This document shows, piece by piece, positions 24,540 through 38,090 of a stretch of DNA of 64,000 bases. This stretch comes from Phoronis australis. Lineage: Eukaryota > Animalia > Phoronida. The notes beneath the pieces are model-generated. The model had not been told where the DNA came from and did no database searches. It saw nothing but the letters and a program-made list of their open reading frames with translations. Within the stretch, counting starts at the first letter, position 1. Each line of letters starts with the position of its first letter. The translations under genes were made by a program, and so were the position numbers. The stretch covers positions 1 through 64,000 of the forward strand of contig NMRA01000295.1 of assembly GCA_002633005.1 (NCBI GenBank), read 5' to 3'.

Positions 24540-26229
24540 TGTGCATAGCCAGCAGTCAATAAGATTTCTCAAAGGCGTTTACATGCATAGAAAATTCGAT
24601 GACTTTGTCATTATTCAAAACACGATTTTGGTGAATGATTTATGACATATAGTCAACATTATGTTTTCACCCCAATACTACAAGGAAAGTTCATTAATTA
24701 ACATGTGGATGAAAATTACGATAGGCTCCTCCCCCCAGAATTTCCTCTTATTTCGTTCTTCATCTCACCTTGTACGCTTCTCTTCAGTTAGGATCTAAGT
24801 GAAACGGACAGGGATCTCTGTTCATCTACTGAAAATGACCTTGAAAAGTGTGATTTGTCATTTTTCAAGACCTTAGAAATCAATTAAGATAGTGTCTTAT
24901 TATTTTGTCATGTACTTTGTGCATCAAGACAGTATTCACACTATCTTATTAGTAACAAATTTTGAAAATATGGATTTAACTGTGTACAATATCTAAATAT
25001 TGAATTTTTGGAAAAAATAGTGAAGGTTGACAATTACCTTAAAGTGTTCATTAACTAAATGGAATTGTATAAGCTAATTAAAATGATTTGTAAGTCTAGC
25101 AAGTTATTTGACTGAGGATGCTGTTTGACCTTTATAAGTACCGATGTTGCAAATCAGTGAAAAATGGAATTGTATATTAAAACTAACTAGAAGGATTTGT
25201 AAGTCTAGCAAGTTATTTGTTAAAGGTGCCCTTTGGCCTTTATAAGCACCGAGGCTTCAAGTCTGTGAAAAGGCCTTGCGCAACTGTTCACATGAGTGTC
25301 ACACATTCGTTTGTAAAAGAGTCGCACATTTGTTTGTAAAAGAGTCACGCATCTGTTTCCCGACTTCTATCTGCATATTAAAATGCTAATTTCGGGCCTG
25401 GATGTTGTCAGTGTGCAACTGCCGTTAGACTCCATCGGACAGAAACAAGTTGAGAGCGGCCATGAGGACACCCGCCCCCGCCTGACGCCTCTTTCCCAAT
25501 TGTTCCCGCAACAGAAAAGTGCCGGGTTCTGTGGCCGCAAATCCCTGGCGTGTTTTTTGTCTTAATGAGATCGTGGTCTCAGTCGATGTGGCGTCCGTGC
25601 TACTTTCTAAGACAAACACAATTCAGAGGTATTCGACCACGGCCCGCGTTTACTATTTATGCCTACTAGGCCGCGCACTCAATATTCGGCGGTGAGAGAA
25701 TTCAAAGAAACTATGTCAACTTTGAATAATATTCTGAAATTTGAGTAAAGCTAAGGGGCGGCCTCAGTATTTTATGCGCAAACATTCGCCGCCGCGTTGG
25801 CGTAATCTGTATGTTGCAGCCGTGTGCTTCATGGAGAGACCTACTAAGAATCCATGATGACGAGGTGAGAGTTCCTCGCTTATTCTTTCCAATTAAATGT
25901 ACTTTTATATTAAAGGTAAGTGGCCAAGATCTTAACCTTTATTCTAGTCTTTAGTGCAGTGCCAAAGATACAATGTCATGTAAATCCACTTTTCGTCCAT
26001 GTTTTGTAAAAATCGAACGGAGGCCCATGCAGTCACGCCAGGATTTTCCTTTTGTCTCCGGCGTAGGCTTACAACTACTAGCCCACAGAGTCAACTGTTC
26101 AAAAGTTTTGCATTTCCCGTTTTAATCATTCATTTTGGCATTAAGTCCTGATGTGGAATCAGTCCTGCGTGGAATATTATGGCCATAAACTGTTGACAAT
26201 CACCAAATTTTATGAATCCACATTTTTAC

Positions 26230-28135
26230 ATGTGGACGCATTATGCCGTCATCTCCGTCCGGCGTCCGCTGCTCTATCTCCAAAACGCCTTGACGTATGT
26301 TCATGGAATTTTGCACATTTGTTACTTCCGTGGATGGGATGGCATGAGCGAAGGTTCGGACGGATCTGACTAACGGTGTGCCCCCTAGTGGCAATTTTAG
26401 TTTTTTACATTTACCTCTGTATCTTCAAAAGTCCTGAACAATTTTCATAAAATTTGGTATATAGGCACATATTAGTGAGATGACGCTATCCTCCCAATTC
26501 CGAATGGATTCAACGTAGTTTGCGCCATCTAGTGGCCATTTTTACTGTTTTTTAGTCTGTTTTTGCGTTCACCCCTCTATCAACCAAGCTGCTCAAAGGA
26601 TGATTGTGAAAATTGCCATGTATGTTCTTAGTATGAAGTGGAGGGCTGACGATGATTTTCTCCGTGATAGCAAGTAGCAGCATATATTGATAAGAAAGGT
26701 AGGTGGTCACTATATCTTCTCTTCTGATGATGTTTGAATAAATGACACTGAAACATGTCAAGTCTATTCAAAACCATATTTGTTTTTATTAGTAACCATG
26801 ATTTTCCGACGACTTCGTCTCAGGGCTTTATCCAGGATTTCCAAAATAGGGTGTCCAAAATGGGGTTCCCAACATTCCAGGGCGTCTATGATTCTAAAGA
26901 CGCATTACCCCCACTCAACCACCACCATTCACCAGTAACCCCCTCTCCCACAAAAAATGCGTTGAAAGAGGCTTTTACATGTAAGTTTACAAAAACAACT
27001 CTCTTGTAGTCATCTTTTTACTAAAAAACTGTGTGGATCAAGACTTTTATGTCTAAATTTACAAAAACAGCCTAATAGCTAACCAAACAGGTATTACAGA
27101 TAGTACAGATTTTGGTTGAACGATGAGTGCTAATTGCTGTTGTAAAGTTTATGATATCATCTTAACTAGCTTTATATTGAGTCATCAAAGCTGCAGTTGC
27201 CAACACAAGAAAAATACACAGATGATGCTAAGATGTCTATGGCAGAGACACTCTGGCAACCAAACACATGCTTATGATTGACAGGTCCACTAAATACTTT
27301 GAAAATGGTTTGAACATTGTAACATTTTGCATACATATACATTGTATATTTATTTCTGGGTTGAAAGGCCCCAACTTCCCTCTTTTATTAACTGGGGTGT
27401 CTTAGTAAACTTACAATGTGGGTGTCCAAAGGAGAAATTCTGATTGACAGGGCGTCCAAATGATACATTGGGCTCCTTGCCAGGGTGTCCAGATTAGTAC
27501 GCTGCATGAAGGCCGACTTCAACTAATGTGGCGCCTCCTGGTGACAGTTTTTTTGCACCTATGGCTGTATCTCGTAAATATGATTTTGATATCAGACGAC
27601 GACGACTTTCGGACGGATCTGACTACTGATGTGCTCCCTAGTGGCAATTGTAGTTTTTTATGCTCACCAGTCTGTATCTTCTATTGGTGAGATGACGCTG
27701 TTTTTGGATGGAATCGAGGTATTTTGTGCCATCTAGTGGCCATTGTTGCTGTTTTCAAATCTTGTTTTTGACATCCGCCCCTCCATGGATGGTTTTGAAA
27801 ATTGGCATACATGTTTTCAGTGTGAAGAGGACGTTTGATAATGGCGACTGACTAATGTGGCGCCACCTAGTGGTATTTTTTTGTTTTACGCTCATAGCTG
27901 TAGATCCTTAACCCGCTGCAGGATCTTTATTAAATTTAGTAAGTGTATTTGTATGAAGATAACAACAGACGACGACTTTCAGGCGGTTCCAACGGACACT
28001 GTGCCCACATGTGGCAATCTCATTTTATTCTGTTTTCCTTTGTTTCTCTGAAGCTCCTTGACAGATTTTTATGAAATATGGCAAGCTCCCATTTTTGGAT
28101 GGATTGTATGTTTTTGCACCATGTAGTGGCCATTT
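26230..28135. repeat. Interspersed repeat with internal ~110-250-bp sub-repeats carrying GCGCCA(C/T)CTAGTGG motifs; interrupted by a CAGGG-ended insert at ~26821..27500; related pieces at ~16310..16620 and ~29600..30140
   Basis: Recurrent blocks such as gatttttatgaaatttggc and gtgccatctagtggccatt. Confidence 0.7.
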
Positions 28136-31100
28136 TTATGATACAATTAAATAACCCATGTGCGGTGCATTCATGGGCGCATGGTCAGGTGTTAATGTTT
28201 ATCTGGGTCAACCTTTTGCCACTTTGGACTGGTACAGATTGACATAATCCCGCTGGGCACTTTCTCTTAATGGTTGAAAATTTTCAAGTTATATAAGTTT
28301 GATCACGTATAGAATCGCGTTCATGTGTGACAATTTCCTGTTATTGTGTGTGTTATGCAAAATGATAGAGAAAATCCAAACCTTTTCGAAAGACCTAACT
28401 GGATTCAACGTGGCAAGCATTCTTTGTTATGGGCAAAAAGGCCTGTATTTTGCAGGTTACTTAAACTTGATTGAAACACTGGCAAACCTGCCCAGAGTAA
28501 TGCTAGTAACAATAGGACTTCGTTGAAAAGCAAGACTACGGAAGATGTTGCCATGTATTTCAAATGAGAACACGTAATTTTGGCTAGATTTTTTGCGAGG
28601 TCCTAGCATTACTGAACTCTACCCTGTTGAAGCGACATGTTAAAACTGGTTGTGGAGAACACTGATGTATCAAAATGGCTCCCAAGTATATTTGATCATT
28701 GTTTTTCTTTTCTCTTTCACAGGTACCGGTTACTACGAATAAACAACCCAAGACTGGAAATGCCTTTTTGTAAATAATTATTTAAAAATCTCGATTATTG
28801 GTTGAAATCTTCATCTTCATAAATGAAAAAGAGGGAGCAAAGAATTTTATCAAGCGGAGATCTTTAAACTTTATTGCCTGCCAACACTAATACTCCATGA
28901 ACCCAATCGAACATCATTTGAATATCTGCATGCAATACAGGTTCAGGTACTGGATGCATTGAAAGAGGTGTGTGGCTAGACTCCATTTGCTGGAAGACAA
29001 CACAGTGTGAGACATGTGTTCCGCACAAGCTGCTGTATTCTACATTCCAAGGCCACTGCGCTTCTCTTTGCCTCATTATGTTCGCACAACAATCCGACTC
29101 TTTGCTCTACTGTGATGGGAACAGCACCAAGCTAATTTTGATTGAGGACGTTGTTCACTACTGCTAAACATGTGAAACATACATTCACAACTGATCTGTA
29201 TATTTGAATTTGAGGTATGGTAATAAAGATACATTGTTTATACATACTTCGTGGTATTACCACCATCACATTTGTGTGTGGTGAAATAACTATATAAACT
29301 GATGTATGACACTTCAAAGCATTGAAAACAGCACAGCTTTTAGATGATATTTTTGTTTCCTAACTCAAGCATGCATCACCAGGGTAACTTCCCACGTGTA
29401 GCGTAAACCCGGCTAAAGCTGATTCCCTTACACTCGCTAGTAACGTGCAAAACACGCTGGGTTCCAGCTAGTGATGATTTTAATTTCTTCTGTTGAGATT
29501 CGTTCACCGATACGTTATTACAGCAATGATGAATGTTCTTGCACGTTTTTATATTTTTATTTAAAGGGTGTGTAGGACCATCTTTCATTTTTATGTCGTC
29601 ATACCTGTCCGTTCGTCCAACATCTGGCCTTCACTGTTGTATCTCCAAAAAATCCTGGAGGCCCATGAAGTTTTGCAGAATATTTTGTGGATTTTCCTTT
29701 CGGAAATGGGACAACATGAGAGTATTTTCGGAGACTGTGTGCCGTAGTTGGGCAATCGTTGTTTTTTACATTTGCCTCTATACAGGTCTCCTGAATGGAT
29801 TTCATGAAATTTGGCATAATGGTATCTGTTACGAAGTTGATGCCACCTTCTTATTTTTTGTTGGATTTGTTTTATTTTGTCACCTAGTAGACATTTGGAC
29901 TGTATTTTGTGTCACCTAGTGGGCATTTTTACTGTTTTTCTAGAATTTGTCCACCTCTCTAACCAGCTAGTAACCATTCTAAAGATAGTTATGAATACTA
30001 CTATATGTATTTTTATTGGGGAGAGGACGGCTGATGATCACTCTGGGATGTCACTGGCTACTGTGGCTCCTCCTTGTGGCATGGTGTGCATCCATAGCTA
30101 TATCTCCTAAACACTTTGCAGGATCTTTGTCAAATTTGACAAGAGCATTTTTTATTGTATCGTTATAAAACTGCTGTTTTATGTCAAACATTTGAAATGG
30201 TTTTAACTTCAACCTTAATTGGTGGCATTTTCTTACTTTTCATTTTGTATTTATGATTGTTTGTATTTTAAGAGGTCGAAACATTGCTGAATATCTTTCA
30301 GAACTGCACAAGTTTTGTTTGACTTACAAGTTGCAGCTCCTGTTGTCTTTTGTTGCAGTTTGACTAGTTTTTACATCTGTGACTTATTTTTCTTTGTTGT
30401 TGTTTATTTTTGCCTCTCTTTTACTTTAATTTGTGACTTAGCCTAAACTTGCTTTGAATACCTGTAGCATGATGTTACTATTCAACAGTGTATTGACATT
30501 TTGTTATGCTACTAAAATCATGTTGTGTATTGACAACAAAATCCCTTCATCACAAAAGCAGTCTCTTATTGTGTGTTTCTTTTGTTATTCACTAATTAAG
30601 GCATTGTATGTACTAATTGCAGATTTCCTCTTCATTAGTGTAATGATGTACATTGTTGCGTCTAACAGTGGCGGCTTTGTACAATCTTAATTATTTTGCC
30701 GAGAAGTTGAGACAGTGCGCTATATTATGTTGTCACTTTAATATGCTAATGACAGGTACTGAATACTGCTTGGTTCCATCTTGGAACAAGTGAAAATTTC
30801 AAAATAGTTTACATGCATGGAAATGAAAAAAGTCAGGGAAAACTGGTGGAAAATCAAGTAGAACTTATCAAGCAAAAACTGGCTCATGTTGCGAGTTGTA
30901 TTAGGAGTTCAATAATTCAGTTATGGTTGACTAAAATCATTTAGTTATGATATTGATATTTTTAGTCTATTTTTTAAAGAAAACATCTTGAAAAATGAAA
31001 ATGGTATCCTGGAAAACTTACGAGAATAACATTATGAAGAAATTACGTAAAATGAGAACACAGTATGAGTTGAAACTATGGACAAAATAACATGTCAAGG

Positions 31101-31559
31101 AAGCCAGATGGACTGATTGAAGGAAATCAGGGACTTGGACATTTGGACTTGGATATTACTCTTTGGGCTTGGACATCACACTTTGGTGAACAGTGTTTCC
31201 AAAACTGAAAAGTCAAATGTATCTGAAGCATGTCAACCAACTTGCTGGAAGTATGCAGAGAGATATTTAATTGGTGGTATATCTTGCTCTATTTAACAGA
31301 AGTTCTGAGTTTTTATATAGCTTTTCTTGTTACTCGCATGATTTAAAGCTGCAGAAAACCCAGCTTACATTACAGAAATTGGTCTCAACTGGTTGCTTAG
31401 TCAAACTGAAGATAGTTTCAAAAGAGCTGGCACTTTGTTATTGTTTGTGATGAAGCTCTATAAGTTGATGTCATTTTAGGTACTGATCATGGACAACAAA
31501 CTTTCTATTCTTTGTAACCTCAAAAAATCACTTTTCTAAGAACAAGTTGAAACCAATTG

Positions 31560-32489
31560 GGCAAGAAATATATTGGCACTAATTTCCGAAAATTTCTAAT
31601 ATTTCTGCGTTATTTTTAGGAGGAATTATTAAATTAATCATAAGTGGTGTTTTTAAATCAAATATCAGATAAAGTGGCCACTGAAAGTGAAAGCATCAGT
31701 GTCCTTACTCACGAATTTCCCGGAAAATAACTGTCAGACTATCACGCATCCAGTCACCTAGCGACTCATTGACATTATACTGGCCTTACCGAGACAATTC
31801 TCTAACATTTTTTTAAAATGGTAATAGATAGTAAATGATACCAGCAAGTGCAAAATAAAACATGTTCTGCTTTACTGCTTGTGATTTAATTTCTTTAGTC
31901 ACAATACACACCTCGATCGTTACATTGAGTTTACTCCGGCAAATGAACACTGGTGTCATGCATGCGCTTGCTCACTCACTCACACTTAGACGAACGTCAA
32001 AACAACTGTCCCATTACAACTACATTTGTGTTCATCCAGAGATTTTTCTCTTCTTGCGGGGTACAATGTTGTGCAGATTTGGACTTAATACCTGCTCAAT
32101 ACCGACTCCACAGGAACTTGAAAATCTCAGGGACACTATTTGGAAAACTTAAGGAGTATTTCAGGTAATTTGTTGATAAAATCAAAATTTTATTTTTATT
32201 CAAGTTACCGTGTCGACGATCGCAAGGCAGTGACTCATCAGTCAGTGAGCTTTCGCCCTGGGGTTTTAGCACAATTTTCTTTAAAGTGATCGTAATTTAT
32301 CATGAAGTTTGATTGCAATGCACCACAGTTTTTTTGAAAGTTTGCGACAGGTTACAGATACGTCGCAGGGTAAATTTGATGATTCCTAGCTTCCGATTTC
32401 ACTCGTTTCGGAAATCCCCTTAGGTTACAGTAAGTGCCCCCTGAAATAATTTTTTTTAAGCACCCTTATGTTTATTAGGGCGAATGTGG
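31560..32489. mobile_element. Family 2 DNA transposon partial copy
   Basis: Homologous to the right part of 38670..40097; ends tttattagggcgaatgtgg|ta. Confidence 0.8.
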
Positions 32490-33953
32490 TAGTAATGGAA
32501 TGATGCATCGCCATATCCACGTTTTGTATCACAGATATCAACGCAAAATGTTTTGAAAAATTTTGAGAATTCACAAAAATGTTGGAAGCCTTTAAAATGA
32601 AAAAGTTCTTAATTTTAGGAATTCTTTATTTCCGTAACAGGTGATATTTTACCATATGTGCTCACTGGTAAAACACCAGGCTTGAACCCTGGTGGGGGCA
32701 GTGATCTTTTCAGACTTAACTTTTGGTCACGTGATTTGACCAACAACGTATGTCATGTATGAAGACTAATAATTCTGATTCATACCTGAACTAAATATTA
32801 CATTGCTCCTGAGCAGTATCTCATCAACCGAAGTATCAGTGTTATCGACTGTTTCCTCCTCTCAATATGGTTTGTATAGTATATTATTCAATATGTTCAT
32901 GTTTAACATAGCTCAGTTTTTGCATTTTTATCATATAACGATTAATCCTTTTTAGCAGGATTAGTAGTTGTCCATGCTGCAGAAGCTGGCAAACTTGAGT
33001 CCCACTCCAAGTTTAACTTTCTCCAGAACATATTTGAAAGTGAAAAATCATTGAACAACATGGTAGCCATGAGTGACTTTTTTGTTGTCATAGTACACCC
33101 TTCCTACAGTAAAGCTACTTCAACTTCTAACAAACATTTATAACTAAATTACTCATTCTGTTTTTCAAAAGCTGCAGTGTTTCAAAAGTTGAAAATATTG
33201 CAACTTAAGGAATTTAAGCATATTTTTATCTAAATCATGATTTGCTCTTCAAATCAAAGTTAGTGTTGAAAAGCATACACAGCAGAAGACATGAATGTGC
33301 GTACTTTGTTAATTCTAATTACTCAAAAAATTGTCAATATTCATTGAAAAATAAGCATTTACCTGTTAAAGTGTCATTTATTTTGTCAGCCTCCTCTTGC
33401 AGTATGCCACCAACGTGCCAGCTTTGTTGCCAATTGTTGGGGTCTCCTGAAATGAATCCCATAAATACTATAGCTTCTAACAACCATGACTGAACCTGGT
33501 ATTGTTGATGTTAAAGAAGTCTGGTATTGTAATCGTTCAGTCATCATATAACATTACCAAGCAAAATTCTTTCTTTAACCAAGTTTTTCAGTGTAATAAC
33601 AGACTTGGTGGTAGCTGCTGTAGTAGCCTACCTGGGGAGGTGTTGGTGAAGTAACCTACCTGGTGAGGTGTTGGTGAAGTAACCTACCTGGTGAGGTGTT
33701 GATGAAATCCTTGTGCTTCAATCAATGTTGATTACCCATGTGGTCACCTTTTCTAAGTCTAGCTGGCTCTCATGTGACGTATTTTCAATTATTGGTAGTC
33801 GCTGATATCAAATCCGCAAACGCAGAATCTGTTGGAGCCAATAAGATGAACTGTTTGAATTGCCACGGTAACCAAGACTCACTAGTGGTTGCTGGTTAAC
33901 ACTTTGTTCCCAGCCTATTTTAGACTTAAATTTGCTTTGATTCTGTGCTACTC

Positions 33954-34190
33954 AAATTATTGCAGTCACTTCTTTTTAATCGGTAACTAGTTAAATTATT
34001 GCAGTCACTTCTTTTTAATCGGTAACTAGTTAAATTATTGCAGTCACTTCTTTTTAATCGGTAACTAGTTAAATTATTGCAGTCACTTCTTTTTAATCGG
34101 TAACTAGTTAAATTATTGCAGTCACTTCTTTTTAATCTGTAACTAGTTAAATTATTGCAGTCACTTCTTTTTAATCGGTAACTAGTTAAA
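33954..34190. repeat. Tandem repeat, 39-bp unit x6
   Basis: aaattattgcagtcacttctttttaatcggtaactagtt. Confidence 0.95.
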
Positions 34191-34999
34191 GATTCATTTC
34201 CATTGCTCATCCTACTTCATCCTACTTAATATTTGCTTTTCAATAATTTTTTTTGTAGGAACATCAACGGCATTGTTTTAGGATTTTTTTCGTAAGTTAT
34301 AAAAGAAAATGTTTTCTTTGCAAGTGCTGTAGCTCATTAGTAGACTGGGACTTCATACAAGTGGACTCGCCTAATAGAGTCATTTATTATTACTATTTAA
34401 TGACTTATAGGGTTCCATCTAATGGAAACATTAACATAAACAACCTACACAAAGTAACATTAGAAATTAAGTGTCAGAATAAATATTGATTAAGTAATAA
34501 CCACGGATAGGTCCATTTTAAGTTGCCCAAAATTTGTAGTTATGTACTTTTAAATCATGGGGTCAAACTTGTTGACATGTATTTTAACACCAAAATCTAT
34601 TTTAGATCATGGTGTTTACTACTTTGGTTCTGGGCTCAAAGCACTCTAGCGTGTGACCACAACTGGGGTAAAATCACAGCGCAGCTATCGCGTGCTACGC
34701 AGATGAACATGTTCACCAATGTCTGCGAAGTTTAGTGAAATGAAGACTAGACTTCGCAAGAATCGTTCTCATCTGAGGTGTTGAATTATGCAGCACACTC
34801 TTTATGCAAACACTCGGAATAAAAAAATTTATCGCAAGCTCGGCCCCCTTGCAAAATTTCGACAAACACTAAGATTTACCTGGCAACGTGTTGGTTTTCG
34901 GGTAAAACAGCGGCTTGGAAACGAAGGTGTGTCAAGAATGCTGTGTTCTGATTGGTCACTTAAGCCGTCACTCAAAGTCCTGGCGAGAGGTCAATTTGA

Positions 35000-35267
35000 A
35001 ACTGTGTGTTAGAGTGCGCAGGGTCTGCATTTTGGGATGATAAAGCTCTTTGCCAAGTTCCCACTACGTGTAGGGACTCAGATCATGAGGTAAGATTAAC
35101 TGCTCAGGGCAGTTGTCTGTTGTAATAAGCGCCCATGTTCGGTTAACCGTCCACCTGCGATCTCTTGAAATTTCACGTTTAAGCGCCCACGTCTGGTTAA
35201 CCACCCACCTCCCAATTTTTGGGTTCGCCAATTTAACCACCTAGGGGGTTAACCCAAACGTTTACGG
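35000..35267. mobile_element. Family 1 DNA transposon terminal fragment (reverse orientation)
   Basis: Reverse complement of 13724..~13990; ends gttaacccaaacgtttacgg|ta. Confidence 0.8.
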
Positions 35268-35363
35268 TACATCACACAATCCTGCTTTTATCACCACCTC
35301 AGTTCACTAACGTGCTGTCCACACGCACACTTACCCCAGAACAAGTTGTTCTCTGAACGAGTT

Positions 35364-35521
35364 CAGGGGCGTATCCAGGATTTTGAATTAGGGGGGGCCA
35401 GGGCAAAGTATTAGCCAGGATTTTGCCTGTGAGACATTCGCACCCCGGAGTGCCAAATGGAATATGGGAGAATTTTAGGGGGGGGGGTCATGGCCCCTTA
35501 GCCCCCCTTTAATCCGAACTG
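35364..35521. mobile_element. 158-bp MITE, CAG…CTG ends, 5-bp TSD GAGTT
   Basis: gagtt|caggggcgtatccagga … aatccgaactg|gagtt. Confidence 0.65.
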
Positions 35522-36099
35522 GAGTTTTTGCTATGTATTAATGTTGTATGGATGCTATTTAAACTAGCACAACTTTACCCACTTGTGTCAACTTACCCCA
35601 CCTTGATAAGGTGGGTTACTGTTCTAGGTTAATTTGCGACACTCTAATTCCCGTATGGATGCAAACCTGAGGCATGGCAGAAGTAATTATAAGCTGCGGT
35701 TGCATAATTATTTTTTACACACCGTTGTCACATTAAGGAATTCATTGTTACGCACAGAGCGTCAACTTCTGCCTTACCGTAGTTATCGGATATGTGTGTG
35801 TGGACGCTCCACTTAAAAGTGAGGGAAGTTGCTCTAGTGCAAGCTGCTCTAAGGTTGGCTGTGTGTGGACGGGACTTAATATAAGACAATCTGTTGATGT
35901 CGGGCACAGACTAAGCGGAAGACATTCTCAGATTGTAAGGACTTGTCCCATTCACAAAATCTAAGTTATTGTCTGTTCTTGATGTCAGGTGGTGCAAACC
36001 TACAAGGCTGTGTATAAAATGTGTTACTGGTTACGTACTGTGTTGTCTGAGCAGTTATTGATGACAGTCGCAGGATGTTTGCTTATGAATTTGACCTAT

Positions 36100-36300
36100 T
36101 GCAAGCTCCGCCTCATTGCGAAAAGTCATGTGACAACCGAAAAACAAACAAGATGTCAGAGACAAACGCACTGTCGCTAAACGACGTTATTGATGGAATC
36201 GATGAGTGTGTTTTAGAATATCGGAAAATACTTCGACAAAGACAACAGGCAATGCTTTTCAGCGCAGAAATACCTAAATATTCATGATGTGACAATTTGT
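36100..36300. repeat. Interspersed repeat; inverted homologous copy at ~45495..45690
   Basis: aaacaaacaagatgtc…cactgtcgctaaa…agacaacaggcaatgcttttcagc present in both places. Confidence 0.75.
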
Positions 36301-37614
36301 AATGGCGAGAATGAAAAAATAAGTGTTTGAGGAAAATTGTTTCGGAGCTAGCGGAAATCGAGAGAACCCCACATGGTTTACCTTCACTTGACAAATGACA
36401 AGGCCACTTGTTGTATATTTTATGTAAAGCTGGGTATGTACTTTCAAATCGTAATTATGCCATAGATTTCAGGTTAGTTTGAACACAGTCAGTGAATGAA
36501 GATTTTCCGATATTTTTGTTCTGGTGTCTGCTAAATTCTGCCAATTAAAAGTAGTTCACATGTGGGATTACCCAATTAAAGTACTATAGCAATGACTAAA
36601 AAATTAATGTTCATATCTCATGTACACAGTCATTTTGTCCTAGGCAAGTAGTTAGCTCCTGTAGGTATAGGGCTGTGTCCAAGACAAATTAATGCACAGA
36701 ATTGGCCCTAATTGCACCATTAAGACATTTAAATCAGGCGTACCTTCTGATGAACTTTTTTTATTTATTTTTTAATTTTGATTGCGTACCACTCGTGCTA
36801 TTGCTGCAATCCAGCAGGTGTAGCCAGACGATTGAACATCCGGGGTCAAAATAGATATGCCTACACTATATCCACCAACTTAAACGGAAAAGTGTGTCTT
36901 GGTAGATTTGTGTTTAACCTTCCAGTATTCAAGCAAGTTCAGCTGCTTGTGTGGCCGTCCACGCAGTTTGATCAATCGTTTACACCTTTTGACATCATTT
37001 TTCAGCTTGGGAATGCCCAAAAAGTGACAGGATATTGTTCTTGAGCTGCTAACAACTGTCACAATTACACATGCCATAGCAACACCGTTTCACCATTCTT
37101 ATCACACAATTTTTCTTGAGTTATAGACTAAAATAAGTTTTACCCGACAATGTGTTGTTTGTCGAGTAAAATGGCAGCTTAGAAATGCAGACAAAAGTAT
37201 GTCAAGAATGCTGCGTTCTGACTGATCATTTAAGTCGTCTGTCAAATTCCTGGTGATAGGTAAATTCACAGCAGTCCCCACTAACTTTGTGTGCTAATCT
37301 CACATTCTGGTATTTAGACAAGAAACTCTGATTCCTGTTTTATTGTCAACCAGTACTAAAGAACACACTTTGGCTTTGAAAACTATACAGTATCTTCCTT
37401 TAAAAACAGTCTTAGTGTCATGAGTAACTTTGGAAATAGTGAAATTTAAGCTCTAACAACACAAACCATAGTCAGCAGATGTCCATACAGACCAGCTGGT
37501 AAGGCGCTGCTAGTGAATAAGAGTGTTCGGGTTTATGTGCAAAATCACATAGCTGTTGCACTTAAAGTGTTAATACAAAACTCATCTAGGTTACCTCTCT
37601 CACCTCTTAATACA

Positions 37615-37772
37615 GCTGTATGCTATATCCTGTATGATATGCTGTGTATGATATATCGTGTATGACATATCCTGCATGATATATCCTGTATCATATATCC
37701 TGTATGATATGCCGTGTATGATATGTCGTGTATGATATATCCTGTATGATGTCCTGTATTATATATCCTGTG
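37615..37772. repeat. Degenerate 14-16-bp tandem repeat (tatatcctgtatga)
   Basis: Direct inspection. Confidence 0.85.
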
Positions 37773-37929
37773 TGAATTGATGGGCTTAGGTGATGGATAT
37801 ACAATGTCCAAAACTCAATAACAGTGTGAAAAATGTATGTATTTACTAGAATTAATTGTAAGGCTTTGCTTTGATATTTACGGTCTATGAATTAGGTGAA
37901 GCAAAAAATCCCCACTAAGTAGCCCTCTT

Positions 37930-38090
37930 AATGTTGGGGAGCTGAAGCCACCCCTCCCAATGTTGGGAGCTGAAGCCACCCTTGCCCTCTCCCAATGTTG
38001 GGGTGCTGAAGCCATCCCCTGCCTCCCAGTTTTGGGAGCTGAAGCCACCCCTGCCCCTTCCCATTGTTGGGAGCTGAAGTTACCCCCTCC
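37930..38090. repeat. Tandem repeat, ~28-39-bp unit (gttgggagctgaagccaccc…) x5
   Basis: Direct inspection. Confidence 0.8.

Noticed and set aside
29470-29545. Possible C/D box snoRNA (GTGATGA, ATGATGA)
   Set aside because: No suitably placed CTGA box D or terminal stem found
32655-32715. tRNA-like fragment
   Set aside because: No complete cloverleaf; at most a decayed SINE head
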